A stretch of DNA of 41,866 nucleotides from Alphaproteobacteria bacterium (GCA_027485005.1 JAIXRX010000035.1:1-41866), one strand, 5' to 3'. Positions 18,501 to 26,875 are shown, numbered from the stretch's first letter. The notes: generated by a model from the sequence alone, not told the origin. Numbers and translations are program-made.

Positions 18501-18913
18501 TCTCCCTTCTGGCGGCTGAACTGGCGGTTAGATTGCGAATACGCCACCTGTGCACCAGCTGAGATAGACTCTTTGCCTGCGACATCGAGAACCATCGCCC
18601 CGCTGCTGATATTACTCAACGAGCGCAGAGCATCGTCATAGGCGGTACGGGTTTCATCGGAATAGCGACCACGATGCAGTTCGTAAAAAGCAATAGTGCA
18701 GCAAATATTGCGCAATACCATTGGCACGGGCAGGACTGGTAGCTTGTAGCGGCGGCCGACATAGGAATCGATAAGTGCGGACGCCTCATCTTTGGCAGCA
18801 TTTATAACCACAGAATCAATGACGCCAAGCGGCTCATCGGCACGATCAGTCAGTTCGATAAGCAGCTGCTCACCGTACCGTGCGATCATATCATCTGTGG
18901 TTGCATATGGCAT
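18494..18913 (-). CDS. Mu gp36-like head-tail connector protein (DUF1320-like)
   Basis: The N-terminus (YATTDDMIARYGEQLLIELTD) is typical of this family, and the synteny fits. Confidence 0.7.
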   Translation of the reverse strand: MPYATTDDMIARYGEQLLIELTDRADEPLGVIDSVVINAAKDEASALIDSYVGRRYKLPVLPVPMVLRNICCTIAFYELHRGRYSDETRTAYDDALRSLSNISSGAMVLDVAGKESISAGAQVAYSQSNRQFSRQKGEW

Positions 18914-18981
18914 TTTGTATCTCCGGTGGCGGCCAGATCAATACTGGCCGCCACCATTCAGCTAGTGTGGTTGCAGATGGT

Positions 18982-19314
18982 TTATTTCTTGCCTGCAGGC
19001 TTTTGGGTGTTTGCTGCAGCAGCTTTGGCTTTATCCGCTGCTTCCTTGTCAGCCTTTGCCTTAGCAGCAGCTTCTGCCTCCGCTTTGGCCTTTGCTTCAG
19101 CAGCGTCGGCCGCGTCATCGGTAGCGGTGGCGGATTTCTTGCCGCCGTTATCATCGATCTCACTCACCAGCAGGTTTGGTTCAGCTTTCAGGGCATCGAT
19201 CTGCTCTTGGGTCAAATCGGACAGTGGGATGATGCGCTCTGCGGCATCATCAAATGAGAAGCCTGCGCGGCGGAAACCGGGCTTTTTGGCTTTAATTTTT
19301 AGAGCACGGGCCAT
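18982..19314 (-). CDS. Mu gp35/FluMu HI1506-like protein with Ala/Lys-rich low-complexity tail
   Basis: The N-terminal domain (KKPGFRRAGFSFDD...LSDLTQEQIDALKAEPNL) is followed by an AEAKAKAEAEAAAKAKADKEAADKAKAAAA tail. Confidence 0.65.
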   Translation of the reverse strand: MARALKIKAKKPGFRRAGFSFDDAAERIIPLSDLTQEQIDALKAEPNLLVSEIDDNGGKKSATATDDAADAAEAKAKAEAEAAAKAKADKEAADKAKAAAANTQKPAGKK

Positions 19315-19444
19315 AAATTTTACTTTCTTTAATAGTTGTTCAAGGAGGGATTAAATTGGTAGGGATGGTGACCGACGCCTAGGAGGCCTGTTCATATACG
19401 TCACTGTTGCACGCCTAGCCTTCGGCTTCGGCATCCCTGATGGC

Positions 19445-20341
19445 TTAATCCAGATAAGGAACTACCAACACCTCAGCGGTGCCCTGGTAGATGTTGGATG
19501 CGCCAGCTGAGTTGCGTTCAGCCTTAATCAGCTCCAGCGCCGCCTTTTCATTGCTTGGGCCTACCACCAACAAGTTAGGCTTCAGCGCCAATGGCTTGCC
19601 GTGGTCACCTTTGCGAGACATGATGCTGGTACGTGCTGCGGCATAGCTGGTGGCATCCAAGGTCTGCTTGGAACCATACGCCAACTGCCATAGGCCAAAA
19701 CCTGCGTTTACACGCGCATCCACGCCGTATAAAAACTCATCCTTCATGAACACATTGGAATCATCAGGATTGTCTTTTGCCGTGAATGCATAGTCGCGGC
19801 GCTTTTGGAAGATCAACGCTTTGATAGGCTTGTTAGTATCAAGCAGGAACCATGCAGCGCCAGAGCCACCACCCGTGTTACTTGCGGAAACGGTATTGCC
19901 GTTTTCATCCAATACAGGGTGATCCGTATCGAAGAAATACTGACCGTCGTAGCAAGGGGTGGTAAAGCCCGATTTCAGCAACGCAAAAACCAGTTCATCT
20001 GGATGGCGCGCTGCATCATCGCCGAGCTGTTGAAAGAGCGGCGAATAAACACCGAGATTATCATCTTCAACATCATCACGCGCCACGCCAATCGTGGACT
20101 CGAATTTACGGTTTTGAATGGTGAAGCTATGCTCTTTCAGCTTGTTGATGACGCGATCACCAATCCACTCGCGCAGACGTGGAAACTGTCCAAGCCAACC
20201 ATAATGCTGCTCACGGGAGGTGCTATTCACCACCATTGCAACTTTGCTATAGTCTACTGCCGCTTGCCCCAGCGCCGCGTCATACAGGCTGGTAAAGCCA
20301 GCACGCAGCGCGTTAAGTTTTGCACTATTAATAACACCCAT
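19445..20341 (-). CDS. Major head subunit (Mu gpT-like)
   Basis: It is 298 aa with a gpT-like N-terminal region (LNALRAGFTSLYD...HYGWLGQFPRLREWIGDR) and sits after the protease/scaffold gene. Confidence 0.85.
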   Translation of the reverse strand: MGVINSAKLNALRAGFTSLYDAALGQAAVDYSKVAMVVNSTSREQHYGWLGQFPRLREWIGDRVINKLKEHSFTIQNRKFESTIGVARDDVEDDNLGVYSPLFQQLGDDAARHPDELVFALLKSGFTTPCYDGQYFFDTDHPVLDENGNTVSASNTGGGSGAAWFLLDTNKPIKALIFQKRRDYAFTAKDNPDDSNVFMKDEFLYGVDARVNAGFGLWQLAYGSKQTLDATSYAAARTSIMSRKGDHGKPLALKPNLLVVGPSNEKAALELIKAERNSAGASNIYQGTAEVLVVPYLD

Positions 20342-20374
20342 ATCTTTGTTCCTTTATCGGTAAGTTTAGTTTGT

Positions 20375-20785
20375 TTAGCTGAAGAGAACCCAAACGCCCT
20401 GGGCATCCACATCATGGATTTTGCCTGCTACAGAGCGCGTATTGGAGCCGTTGGTCAGCGCTACCGTCTGATCGTCCACGATGTAGCAGCTGGCGCCACG
20501 ATCCTTCAGTGCGATCAAATCAGCGTCAGCCGAGTTGCCGAAGCGGTATACGCCCAGACGAACTTTCACAGACTTGTCACCAGCGGAGCCGGAGCTGTTG
20601 TCTACAAAATCTTCCGCAACACCCGCACCTTTAAGCGTAGTGGCGACCGATCCAGGCACCGCATAACCAGTGGCATTGATTGCCACCAGCGCGCCCACAA
20701 AAATTTTAGTAGAGGCCGCCACCGGGATGACGAGAAATGCGCCTTCCTTTTGTGGGGTGTGGCGGTCTTGAGTTAAAGCTGCCAT
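20375..20785 (-). CDS. Small head protein, possibly decoration/cement (DUF2190-like)
   Basis: It is a 136-aa beta-rich protein between the scaffold/protease and major capsid genes. Confidence 0.5.
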   Translation of the reverse strand: MAALTQDRHTPQKEGAFLVIPVAASTKIFVGALVAINATGYAVPGSVATTLKGAGVAEDFVDNSSGSAGDKSVKVRLGVYRFGNSADADLIALKDRGASCYIVDDQTVALTNGSNTRSVAGKIHDVDAQGVWVLFS

Positions 20786-20830
20786 ATGGCTACTCCTTTA
20801 AGAATGGTTGAGTAAGAATGGTTGAGAGAG

Positions 20831-21943
20831 TTATGCTTGCGACAGTTTCTTTGCGGTCGCCTTAAAGTCTTGAGCAGACACACCCAGCTGGTTTGCGACT
20901 GACATTTGCACGTCATCCAAGCCTGCCTGAACAGCCTCAGCAGAAGCAGTGGCGAGCTTTGTTGCTCCACCCACAACAACAGCGCCCTTGACATATTTTG
21001 CAAAGCCTTGCGGGTCTTTCTGTGCATAATCCAGCGCCCAATCCTTGTTGCCCGGCGTCACTTTGCCTGCAGCAATAGCTGCATCTACAGATGCCGTGGC
21101 CTTGGCAAGGCTGGTTTCACCTTCGACGGCCGCCACACGCTCTTGCAGCGCCTGCACTTCTTCGATAGGCACATATTTGGTTGGATCAGGGCGAGTTGCT
21201 GATGCGGTGGCTTTAGCGCTAGCCTTCATTTTACTGGCCACCTCTTTCTTAATTTCACCAGCAATATATCCATCAACTGCCTCAACGATTGCCTCAGGCG
21301 TTGCTGCATCAGCTGGTGCATCTACTGCTTCTTTTACGGCATCTACCGAGCCTTTAAGCGTCGTTACAGCCGCAATAATTGCATCATCAGATACCGCAGA
21401 TGAACCCTCTGCCGCCGCGAGGCCCAGCAGAGCAATAAGTTGTGCCTTCAAATCTTCCATGTTGTTCTCCGATTGGTTGGTTAAAAAAGTGTTTCGAGCA
21501 GATGCCACGGCTGGCATCTCGAAATTGGGGTCATTGGTGAGACTGATACGATCAATACGCGTCACCTGGCCTTGTTTAGTGTGCCAGAAGGTGGGCGAAA
21601 TGTAGCGGTATTCCTTGTTTTTAAGCTGTTCCAGTGCGGGCGGCGTCCATTCTACCTGCGCCCAGACACTTCCATCTTCTCGCGCTTCCAACGCCTTTAC
21701 CCAGCCTGCCGCACGGCGCTCGACGCCAGGGGCGGCAACGTCGGTGACGTGATCGCGGTCAACAGCCATTTGCACCAACGGACGCAGGGAGGCCGCCACT
21801 ACCGCCTTGGCATCGCTCAGGTGATATGGCCCACGGCCGTCTTTCCCGACAGTGGTGCCAGCCGGAAAAACCTTAATCCACCCATCGGATGCACCGACAG
21901 GCAGAAGAACAGAAGCAATGGTTTTGGTCGTGGAATGTGTCAT
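20831..21943 (-). CDS. Head maturation protease / scaffold (Mu gpI-like)
   Basis: The N-terminal Mu-I features (FPAGTTVGKDGRGPYHL, ISPTF, SLTNDPNF) are followed by an Ala-rich helical scaffold-like C-terminus. Confidence 0.85.
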   Translation of the reverse strand: MTHSTTKTIASVLLPVGASDGWIKVFPAGTTVGKDGRGPYHLSDAKAVVAASLRPLVQMAVDRDHVTDVAAPGVERRAAGWVKALEAREDGSVWAQVEWTPPALEQLKNKEYRYISPTFWHTKQGQVTRIDRISLTNDPNFEMPAVASARNTFLTNQSENNMEDLKAQLIALLGLAAAEGSSAVSDDAIIAAVTTLKGSVDAVKEAVDAPADAATPEAIVEAVDGYIAGEIKKEVASKMKASAKATASATRPDPTKYVPIEEVQALQERVAAVEGETSLAKATASVDAAIAAGKVTPGNKDWALDYAQKDPQGFAKYVKGAVVVGGATKLATASAEAVQAGLDDVQMSVANQLGVSAQDFKATAKKLSQA

Positions 21944-21978
21944 GCCGCCTAATTTAGGGGGGCTTAAGACACTTGGGC

Positions 21979-21998
21979 ATTGTAGCTATAACTACAAT
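21979..21998 (-). promoter_or_regulatory. Late-promoter activator dyad ATTGTAG-N6-CTACAAT (P_I candidate)
   Basis: The 7-bp arms are perfect, and the dyad is followed by GCC and then exactly 32 nt to the gpI ATG. The same element with the same geometry occurs at 29092-29111. Confidence 0.6.
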
Positions 21999-22219
21999 GG
22001 ATAGAGATGCGGCAGGATTCGGTTTTCACGCGCACGCGGCATGGGCGTACTTACCCGCACATACTTAACCCCGCAATAAGGCCATTTAATGCGATTCAAT
22101 TTTAGCCATCTAACCCTTTTGCACCCCCATATAGCTACACACCCTAAGATGGCGCTAAAAGTGCCCTTAAAATCGCTTTGCCCTAAAAGTTGATTTTGGG
22201 GTCGAATCAGGCTATATTG

Positions 22220-22266
22220 AAAAACAGATGACTGACTGGCTGACACCCCAACCTCCAAGGTCATCT
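22220..22266 (-). terminator. Candidate terminator after gene F
   Basis: On the minus strand, AGATGAC (22266-22260) pairs with GTCATCT (22232-22226) and is followed by GTTTTTC. The loop is 27 nt, so the terminator is weak. Confidence 0.35.
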
Positions 22267-22301
22267 CAATGCAGTCAGGTGGGATGTGTCGTGACTGCTT
22301 T

Positions 22302-23558
22302 TTATTCCTCCTCTGTCCGTCGATACACCATAGAGCCTTGGCGCTGCTTCTGGAGGTATCCTTTTTTGGTTTGAAATGTGGTGACGCCAGCCCAGCCATC
22401 TTTGCCCGTTTCAAACGCCACCAGCGCTTGCTGCTTGTCGTCACCAACCTGCAATCTGGTCAGATAGCGGCGGCGTAAAACTTTACGGCCGTCACTTAGC
22501 ATTTCCCAATATTCCCATATCTCATCCGGTTTCTTTAGAGCGGCCGCCAGGAGTAAAAGATATTTATGGCGATTGCTCTTTTGCACCTTCCAATTACCCT
22601 GGGCATTTTTGAAAAGGGAATCAGAGATCACCAGATTCTCACCAGCGACATCCGTAAATATCTTGCTCTTGCCGATCTCCGCATCAAACTCTTTCAGGAA
22701 GCGATTGACATACTCAGGGTCACTCAGTCCATCTGGCAGGATCATGTTGGTGGCGGCTGGGCGCATACGGGGCATAGGCACCTTTGCGGCTGGCCCTTGG
22801 TATGGAACGCCAAGCGGCGCATCGAGCGGTGGTGGCGTCAGTGCCTTCATACGAGCGCGGCCTGCGTTGTAATTAAAACCGGGAGTTATACCTTGCGGCA
22901 CAGTCATGGTTTCGCCCGTGCGCGAATTAAAATAGCGGCGAGGCATCCCCACAGGGGAGTGCACACTGACGCTTAAGCCTAATCGCTTCACATCATCTTC
23001 GGTCAATTGTTGCACCCAGCAGCGACAGCCCCAACCATTTGGCGGATAGTGTTCATCCCAGAACGGATGATCGACAGGCAAGACAGTATTGTGCCAGGCG
23101 CGGTGTTCGGGTCGGGTGGCACCATCCATCACAGCAACATAGCGTAGATATGGAAACGCTTTCTTTGTGCGCTGAATTCCTTCCCAGCGTCCAGCTGCAT
23201 AGCTGGTACGCATGTTGGTTTCAAAGATAGTTTTGAGACGGCGCGGACTGCCGAGCTGGACTTCCTTTTCCTTGCCCGTCTGCGGATCAATCATGTTTTT
23301 ACGGCCCCACCATCCTTTTTCCTGTAAGATGGGAGTGAGCTTCTTTTGGAAATCCGCCAGCGTTTCGCCGTTAGCGATAGCATCATCCATCGCAGCCCGG
23401 ATATCCTGCAGCACATCCTGCTTGGTGGCCTTAGCTACGGTGAATGAATAGGCATGAACTTCGCCCATCATCTCCCGATGATCAAAGGTTTCCTGGTAGC
23501 CTTTCTTGCGGAAGAAATCGATAGCCTGCTCTGGTGGGAGTGCGCGTAGCTCGGCCAT
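22302..23558 (-). CDS. Head morphogenesis protein (Mu gpF / SPP1 gp7 family)
   Basis: The MuF signature is present (RPEHRAWHNTVLPVDHPFWDEHYPPNGWGCRCWV). Confidence 0.9.
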   Translation of the reverse strand: MAELRALPPEQAIDFFRKKGYQETFDHREMMGEVHAYSFTVAKATKQDVLQDIRAAMDDAIANGETLADFQKKLTPILQEKGWWGRKNMIDPQTGKEKEVQLGSPRRLKTIFETNMRTSYAAGRWEGIQRTKKAFPYLRYVAVMDGATRPEHRAWHNTVLPVDHPFWDEHYPPNGWGCRCWVQQLTEDDVKRLGLSVSVHSPVGMPRRYFNSRTGETMTVPQGITPGFNYNAGRARMKALTPPPLDAPLGVPYQGPAAKVPMPRMRPAATNMILPDGLSDPEYVNRFLKEFDAEIGKSKIFTDVAGENLVISDSLFKNAQGNWKVQKSNRHKYLLLLAAALKKPDEIWEYWEMLSDGRKVLRRRYLTRLQVGDDKQQALVAFETGKDGWAGVTTFQTKKGYLQKQRQGSMVYRRTEEE

Positions 23559-25129
23559 TAATCCAGCTTCACATTAAAGTTTCCTGCAAGGCGTGCCGCC
23601 AACATGGTCTTTTCCAATGCTGCAGCCATCTCCTTATCGCCCGTCTTGCTGGCCACGGCGAGCAAACGGTCGCTTAGTTCATCGAAGTTCTTTGCGCCAT
23701 TTACAGCCTCTTCAATCTCGCGTTGAAGGGGAGTTAAAATCTCCTCCCAACCATCGGCCATTTCATCTGCAAGCTTCTCAATGGCATCAGGCTTGGCGGG
23801 TTTTGCTGCCGCCGTAGCCAAGTGGTGCTGGCATCCTGCCGGGCAAGCTGCTGAATGCTGGGCGCTCATCATAGCCGGAACGGCAGGAACAGCTGGAGCT
23901 AAAACTTCCTCACCGTCCTCTGCCATCGGCAAGCCCAGCTTATCGCCTGCACGCTTGGCGCTGACTTTGCCGCCCAGGTTCACAAAGGTTTGTAGAGAAG
24001 CGCCATAAGCCGCGCTGTCCACGGATTCTGGGCGGCGAATGCGTACACGCGGATATTTTTTCTGTTCACCAAAATTGATATCCACCAGCGGGCGCACCAG
24101 CTGAGTGTTGAGGGTAGCGGCAAGGCTGGCCGCATCATCATCCGCAATATCTCCACGCACAGCATTGTGCGATTGATTCCCGGCCAGCCCTCCACCAGAC
24201 AGGCTGTCGGTCGTGGTGGTTTGCCCCAGCACTGCCTTGCTGATCTGCTCGTCACAGTAACGCGCAAGGCGCTCGAATAAGTCTACGCTGCCCGTTGGGT
24301 TTGCATCCTTCACGAATTCAATCACCATGCTGTCCGGGATGATGGCACCAGCATCGCTACCGAGGTTTGCGACCGCCCGGAGCAGCACCTGACGATCAGC
24401 CTCAGAAGCGCCAGCGCCGTATTTACCAACCCGCAATGGCTGGCCGTAGGTTTCCGCAAAGATTACCCAATCGCGGACGCTGAAATTCTTGTAAAGCCAG
24501 AACCAGCTCACCGGGCGGATCACGCCAGCTCGGATAGGAAGGCCGGATTTTGCTTTCACCTGGTGAACGATGTATTTGTATGGCGTCAAAGGTTCAGGCT
24601 GCCCACCTTCACCGCGTAAATGCAAAGTACGGCCGTCATGTCGGTCAAACATAAACCAGCGTGGATCGCGCCACTCAATACGCTCAATCGTCCAGCGAGT
24701 CGCCGTTTGGTTCCAGATAATCTCCGAAACGGAGAAGCCTTTGCCAACCGCGTCCATAATATCGAATAGGTCGCTACGCAATTCATCACGTTCAAACCAA
24801 TCGCGCACGAGCTGTGCAGCTTCCTGATCAGCAGTATCCTCGGAGGCAGCTTCAACCGTAATTTCCAACCCGGTCACGGCGCGCTTACGCTGAGCCAGCA
24901 CGCCCGCATAATGAGGGTCTTTCTCCTCGATCTGCTCGGCCAGCTCCAGATAGGCCATAGTATCGCCTTCGTCAGCGAGGCGCATCCAGCTGGCTAGCGT
25001 TTGCGGATATAGGCCTGCACTGGAGTAACTGTGCCGCACGTTACGCACGGATGTCATCGATGGGAGAACCTTTTCTTCCAGCAAATCTTCACGCAGTAGC
25101 GGGTTTCCATATTGATCAAGCAAGGCCAT
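23558..25129 (-). CDS. Portal protein (Mu gp29/gpH-like, DUF935)
   Basis: It is 523 aa and lies between the large terminase and F, in Mu synteny. Confidence 0.85.
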   Translation of the reverse strand: MALLDQYGNPLLREDLLEEKVLPSMTSVRNVRHSYSSAGLYPQTLASWMRLADEGDTMAYLELAEQIEEKDPHYAGVLAQRKRAVTGLEITVEAASEDTADQEAAQLVRDWFERDELRSDLFDIMDAVGKGFSVSEIIWNQTATRWTIERIEWRDPRWFMFDRHDGRTLHLRGEGGQPEPLTPYKYIVHQVKAKSGLPIRAGVIRPVSWFWLYKNFSVRDWVIFAETYGQPLRVGKYGAGASEADRQVLLRAVANLGSDAGAIIPDSMVIEFVKDANPTGSVDLFERLARYCDEQISKAVLGQTTTTDSLSGGGLAGNQSHNAVRGDIADDDAASLAATLNTQLVRPLVDINFGEQKKYPRVRIRRPESVDSAAYGASLQTFVNLGGKVSAKRAGDKLGLPMAEDGEEVLAPAVPAVPAMMSAQHSAACPAGCQHHLATAAAKPAKPDAIEKLADEMADGWEEILTPLQREIEEAVNGAKNFDELSDRLLAVASKTGDKEMAAALEKTMLAARLAGNFNVKLD

Positions 25130-25138
25130 CGGTTACTC

Positions 25139-26716
25139 CTACCATGTTACCCCGCGTGCCATATGGCCGCTGGTGGGGGTTTCGTCATTATCATAATCAT
25201 CCGCATGCATTTGCATCACGCCGCGTTTCTGAGCACTTGAGTTGCTAACTGGTTCATAGCCAAATTCGACTAAATCCTGCAGGGTTGCCCAATAGGCCAT
25301 CACACAAGCAATCAATCCATCACCGTGACGCTTCTTGCCGTCTTTGCCTGTGGTGCGCTTATCAGGCACCTGTGGTATGCCGCGCACCAGCTCCACCACG
25401 CGGTGATCGGCTAATATGTCGGCATCCGCTGGCAGTATGATGGTGCTGTCTTCAAGCGCGGCTTTATAACGAGGAAGCGCATTCAGATACCATTGCGCCG
25501 TGGCCATGATCTGGTAGATGCGATTAGGGCCATATTTTTGCATGGTTTCTTCGGCCAGTTGTGAGCCGTTCCCTCGTGCATCAAAAGCGGCCGCATTAAA
25601 GCGCGGGAGGCGGTCAATGATATACCAGACGATTTGTTTCTGTTGAGCGAAGGGTACGTTGTGCAGCTCCACGATAAATGGCACCCGCCGTATCAGGTTC
25701 GGTTGCAGCTGCAGCGGCACCAGCACGGTGAGGTCTCCGCTGCGCCCAAAATCTTCACCAAGAAAGTGGCGTAGTGCAGGACTCAGCGCTGACAATAAAG
25801 GCTTGAGGTTCTCTTCACACCATTCGGTAATGGTGCGCTCACGCTCAAACTCAGCTTTAAACACAAACTCTTTATCGCAGGAAAAGCGCAGAACAGGCGC
25901 TTGCACCATGCAGCGTTCGACGAGTGCGCCGGGCAGGTATTTGCCGCCGCCCATGCGTGGTTGACAAAAAAGCTCCTCATCCGCTGCATCATCATAATCA
26001 TTGATCAATCCTTGACGCCACTCGGCTTCGGCCTCGGCTGACCACTCTTTCCCATTACGCAAACAGATGCGTTTATAAAGACCGTCGGCCAAGGCATCAT
26101 CAAGATCAATACGCAGCAGGGCATATTTCAAACGCCCCTTGCGGATGTCCTGAACATACTCATTAAACTGATTATCCACGCCATTGTGCGTTGAAATAAC
26201 CATCACCTTACCGCCCCACATCAGCAAAGCCAGAGCGGCTTTCATCAGCTCCTTGAGATTGTCATGGAAAGCGGCTTCATCAATAATCACATAACCTTGG
26301 CGGCCACGCAGCGAGCGAGGGCGGCTAGTGAGCGCCACAATATCATAGCCACTATCGAAGGTGATACGGAACGCCTTAATCTCTTTTGTGTCATCACCCA
26401 CGCCATCATTAAATACAAACTCTTCAACAGCAGCTGCTGCATGGCTAAAGTGCTTGGCCCATTCAGCACAGGTATCAATAAACTCACGGGTCATATCCAG
26501 CGCATAGCCGATATAAAAAACATCCATACCGCCTGCAGCGCGGTTAGCTGCTGCCGTCAAAACAGCATCAGCAGCAATGGCCCAGGTCAAACCGATACGG
26601 CGGGATTTCTCCACAAAAGCAACCGATGCCGTGGTATGCAACTGCATGGCACGTTTCTGGTAGCCAAAAAAAACATCGGGTAGGTTGGCGATTTCTGATG
26701 GAACGTAATAGTTCAT
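25139..26716 (-). CDS. Terminase large subunit (Mu gp28-like)
   Basis: It is 525 aa with a Walker-B-like GYVIIDEAAFH and a C-terminal nuclease-like region. It lies upstream of the portal gene. Confidence 0.85.
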   Translation of the reverse strand: MNYYVPSEIANLPDVFFGYQKRAMQLHTTASVAFVEKSRRIGLTWAIAADAVLTAAANRAAGGMDVFYIGYALDMTREFIDTCAEWAKHFSHAAAAVEEFVFNDGVGDDTKEIKAFRITFDSGYDIVALTSRPRSLRGRQGYVIIDEAAFHDNLKELMKAALALLMWGGKVMVISTHNGVDNQFNEYVQDIRKGRLKYALLRIDLDDALADGLYKRICLRNGKEWSAEAEAEWRQGLINDYDDAADEELFCQPRMGGGKYLPGALVERCMVQAPVLRFSCDKEFVFKAEFERERTITEWCEENLKPLLSALSPALRHFLGEDFGRSGDLTVLVPLQLQPNLIRRVPFIVELHNVPFAQQKQIVWYIIDRLPRFNAAAFDARGNGSQLAEETMQKYGPNRIYQIMATAQWYLNALPRYKAALEDSTIILPADADILADHRVVELVRGIPQVPDKRTTGKDGKKRHGDGLIACVMAYWATLQDLVEFGYEPVSNSSAQKRGVMQMHADDYDNDETPTSGHMARGVTW

Positions 26717-26874
26717 TGAATCGTCTCCTCTTCAAGTGGAGGCGACAGAGCATAGCTTTCATATTCTACAGCGCGGGCAATACGCTGTTCAACGGTGGCA
26801 TTAGGCAGGTCAAGGCACGCCAGCTTCAAAAACTGAACACGCAGCCAAGCCAGTTCATTGCTATGTTCATCCAT
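26713..26874 (-). CDS. Unlisted 53-aa ORF (MDEHSNELAWLRVQFLKLACLDLPNATVEQRIARAVEYESYALSPPLEEETIQ)
   Basis: Its ATG lies 1 nt after the gp27-like stop (TGATATG), and its TGA overlaps the terminase ATG (ATGA). It exactly fills an otherwise non-coding 159-bp gap. It is below the 60-aa cut-off of the ORF track. Confidence 0.6.
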   Translation of the reverse strand: MDEHSNELAWLRVQFLKLACLDLPNATVEQRIARAVEYESYALSPPLEEETIQ

Positions 26875-26875
26875 A

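Noticed and set aside
18982-19140. GCA/GCC/AAG-rich repetitive DNA considered as a tandem repeat or VNTR.
   Set aside because: It is simply the coding sequence for the Ala/Lys/Glu low-complexity tail of the gp35-like protein, and no exact tandem unit is present.
19805-20776. A long 323-aa plus-strand ORF lies antisense to the capsid and decoration genes.
   Set aside because: It is fully antisense to two strongly supported structural genes and has low-complexity, stop-avoiding composition. The antisense ORFs at 14467-15192, 28265-28963 and 35066-35686 are rejected for the same reason.
21957-21962. A G6/C6 homopolymer in the spacer of the putative P_I promoter, considered as a phase-variation tract.
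   Set aside because: Six nucleotides is too short for appreciable slipped-strand variation, and the second promoter copy has no equivalent tract.
22046-22190. Short TTAGGG-like and GGGTTAAG-like repeats considered as a possible CRISPR array or telomere-like tract.
   Set aside because: The units are only 10-15 nt, degenerate and irregularly spaced, with no repeat-spacer periodicity. They are kept only as an unexplained repeat cluster.
21992-22447. The 151-aa minus-strand ORF in the track spans the F/I gap.
   Set aside because: Its first 48 codons overlap the 3' end of the well-supported MuF gene in another frame. The remainder has no RBS, has an odd W/C/R-rich composition and runs through the promoter dyad. 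It is most likely non-coding.
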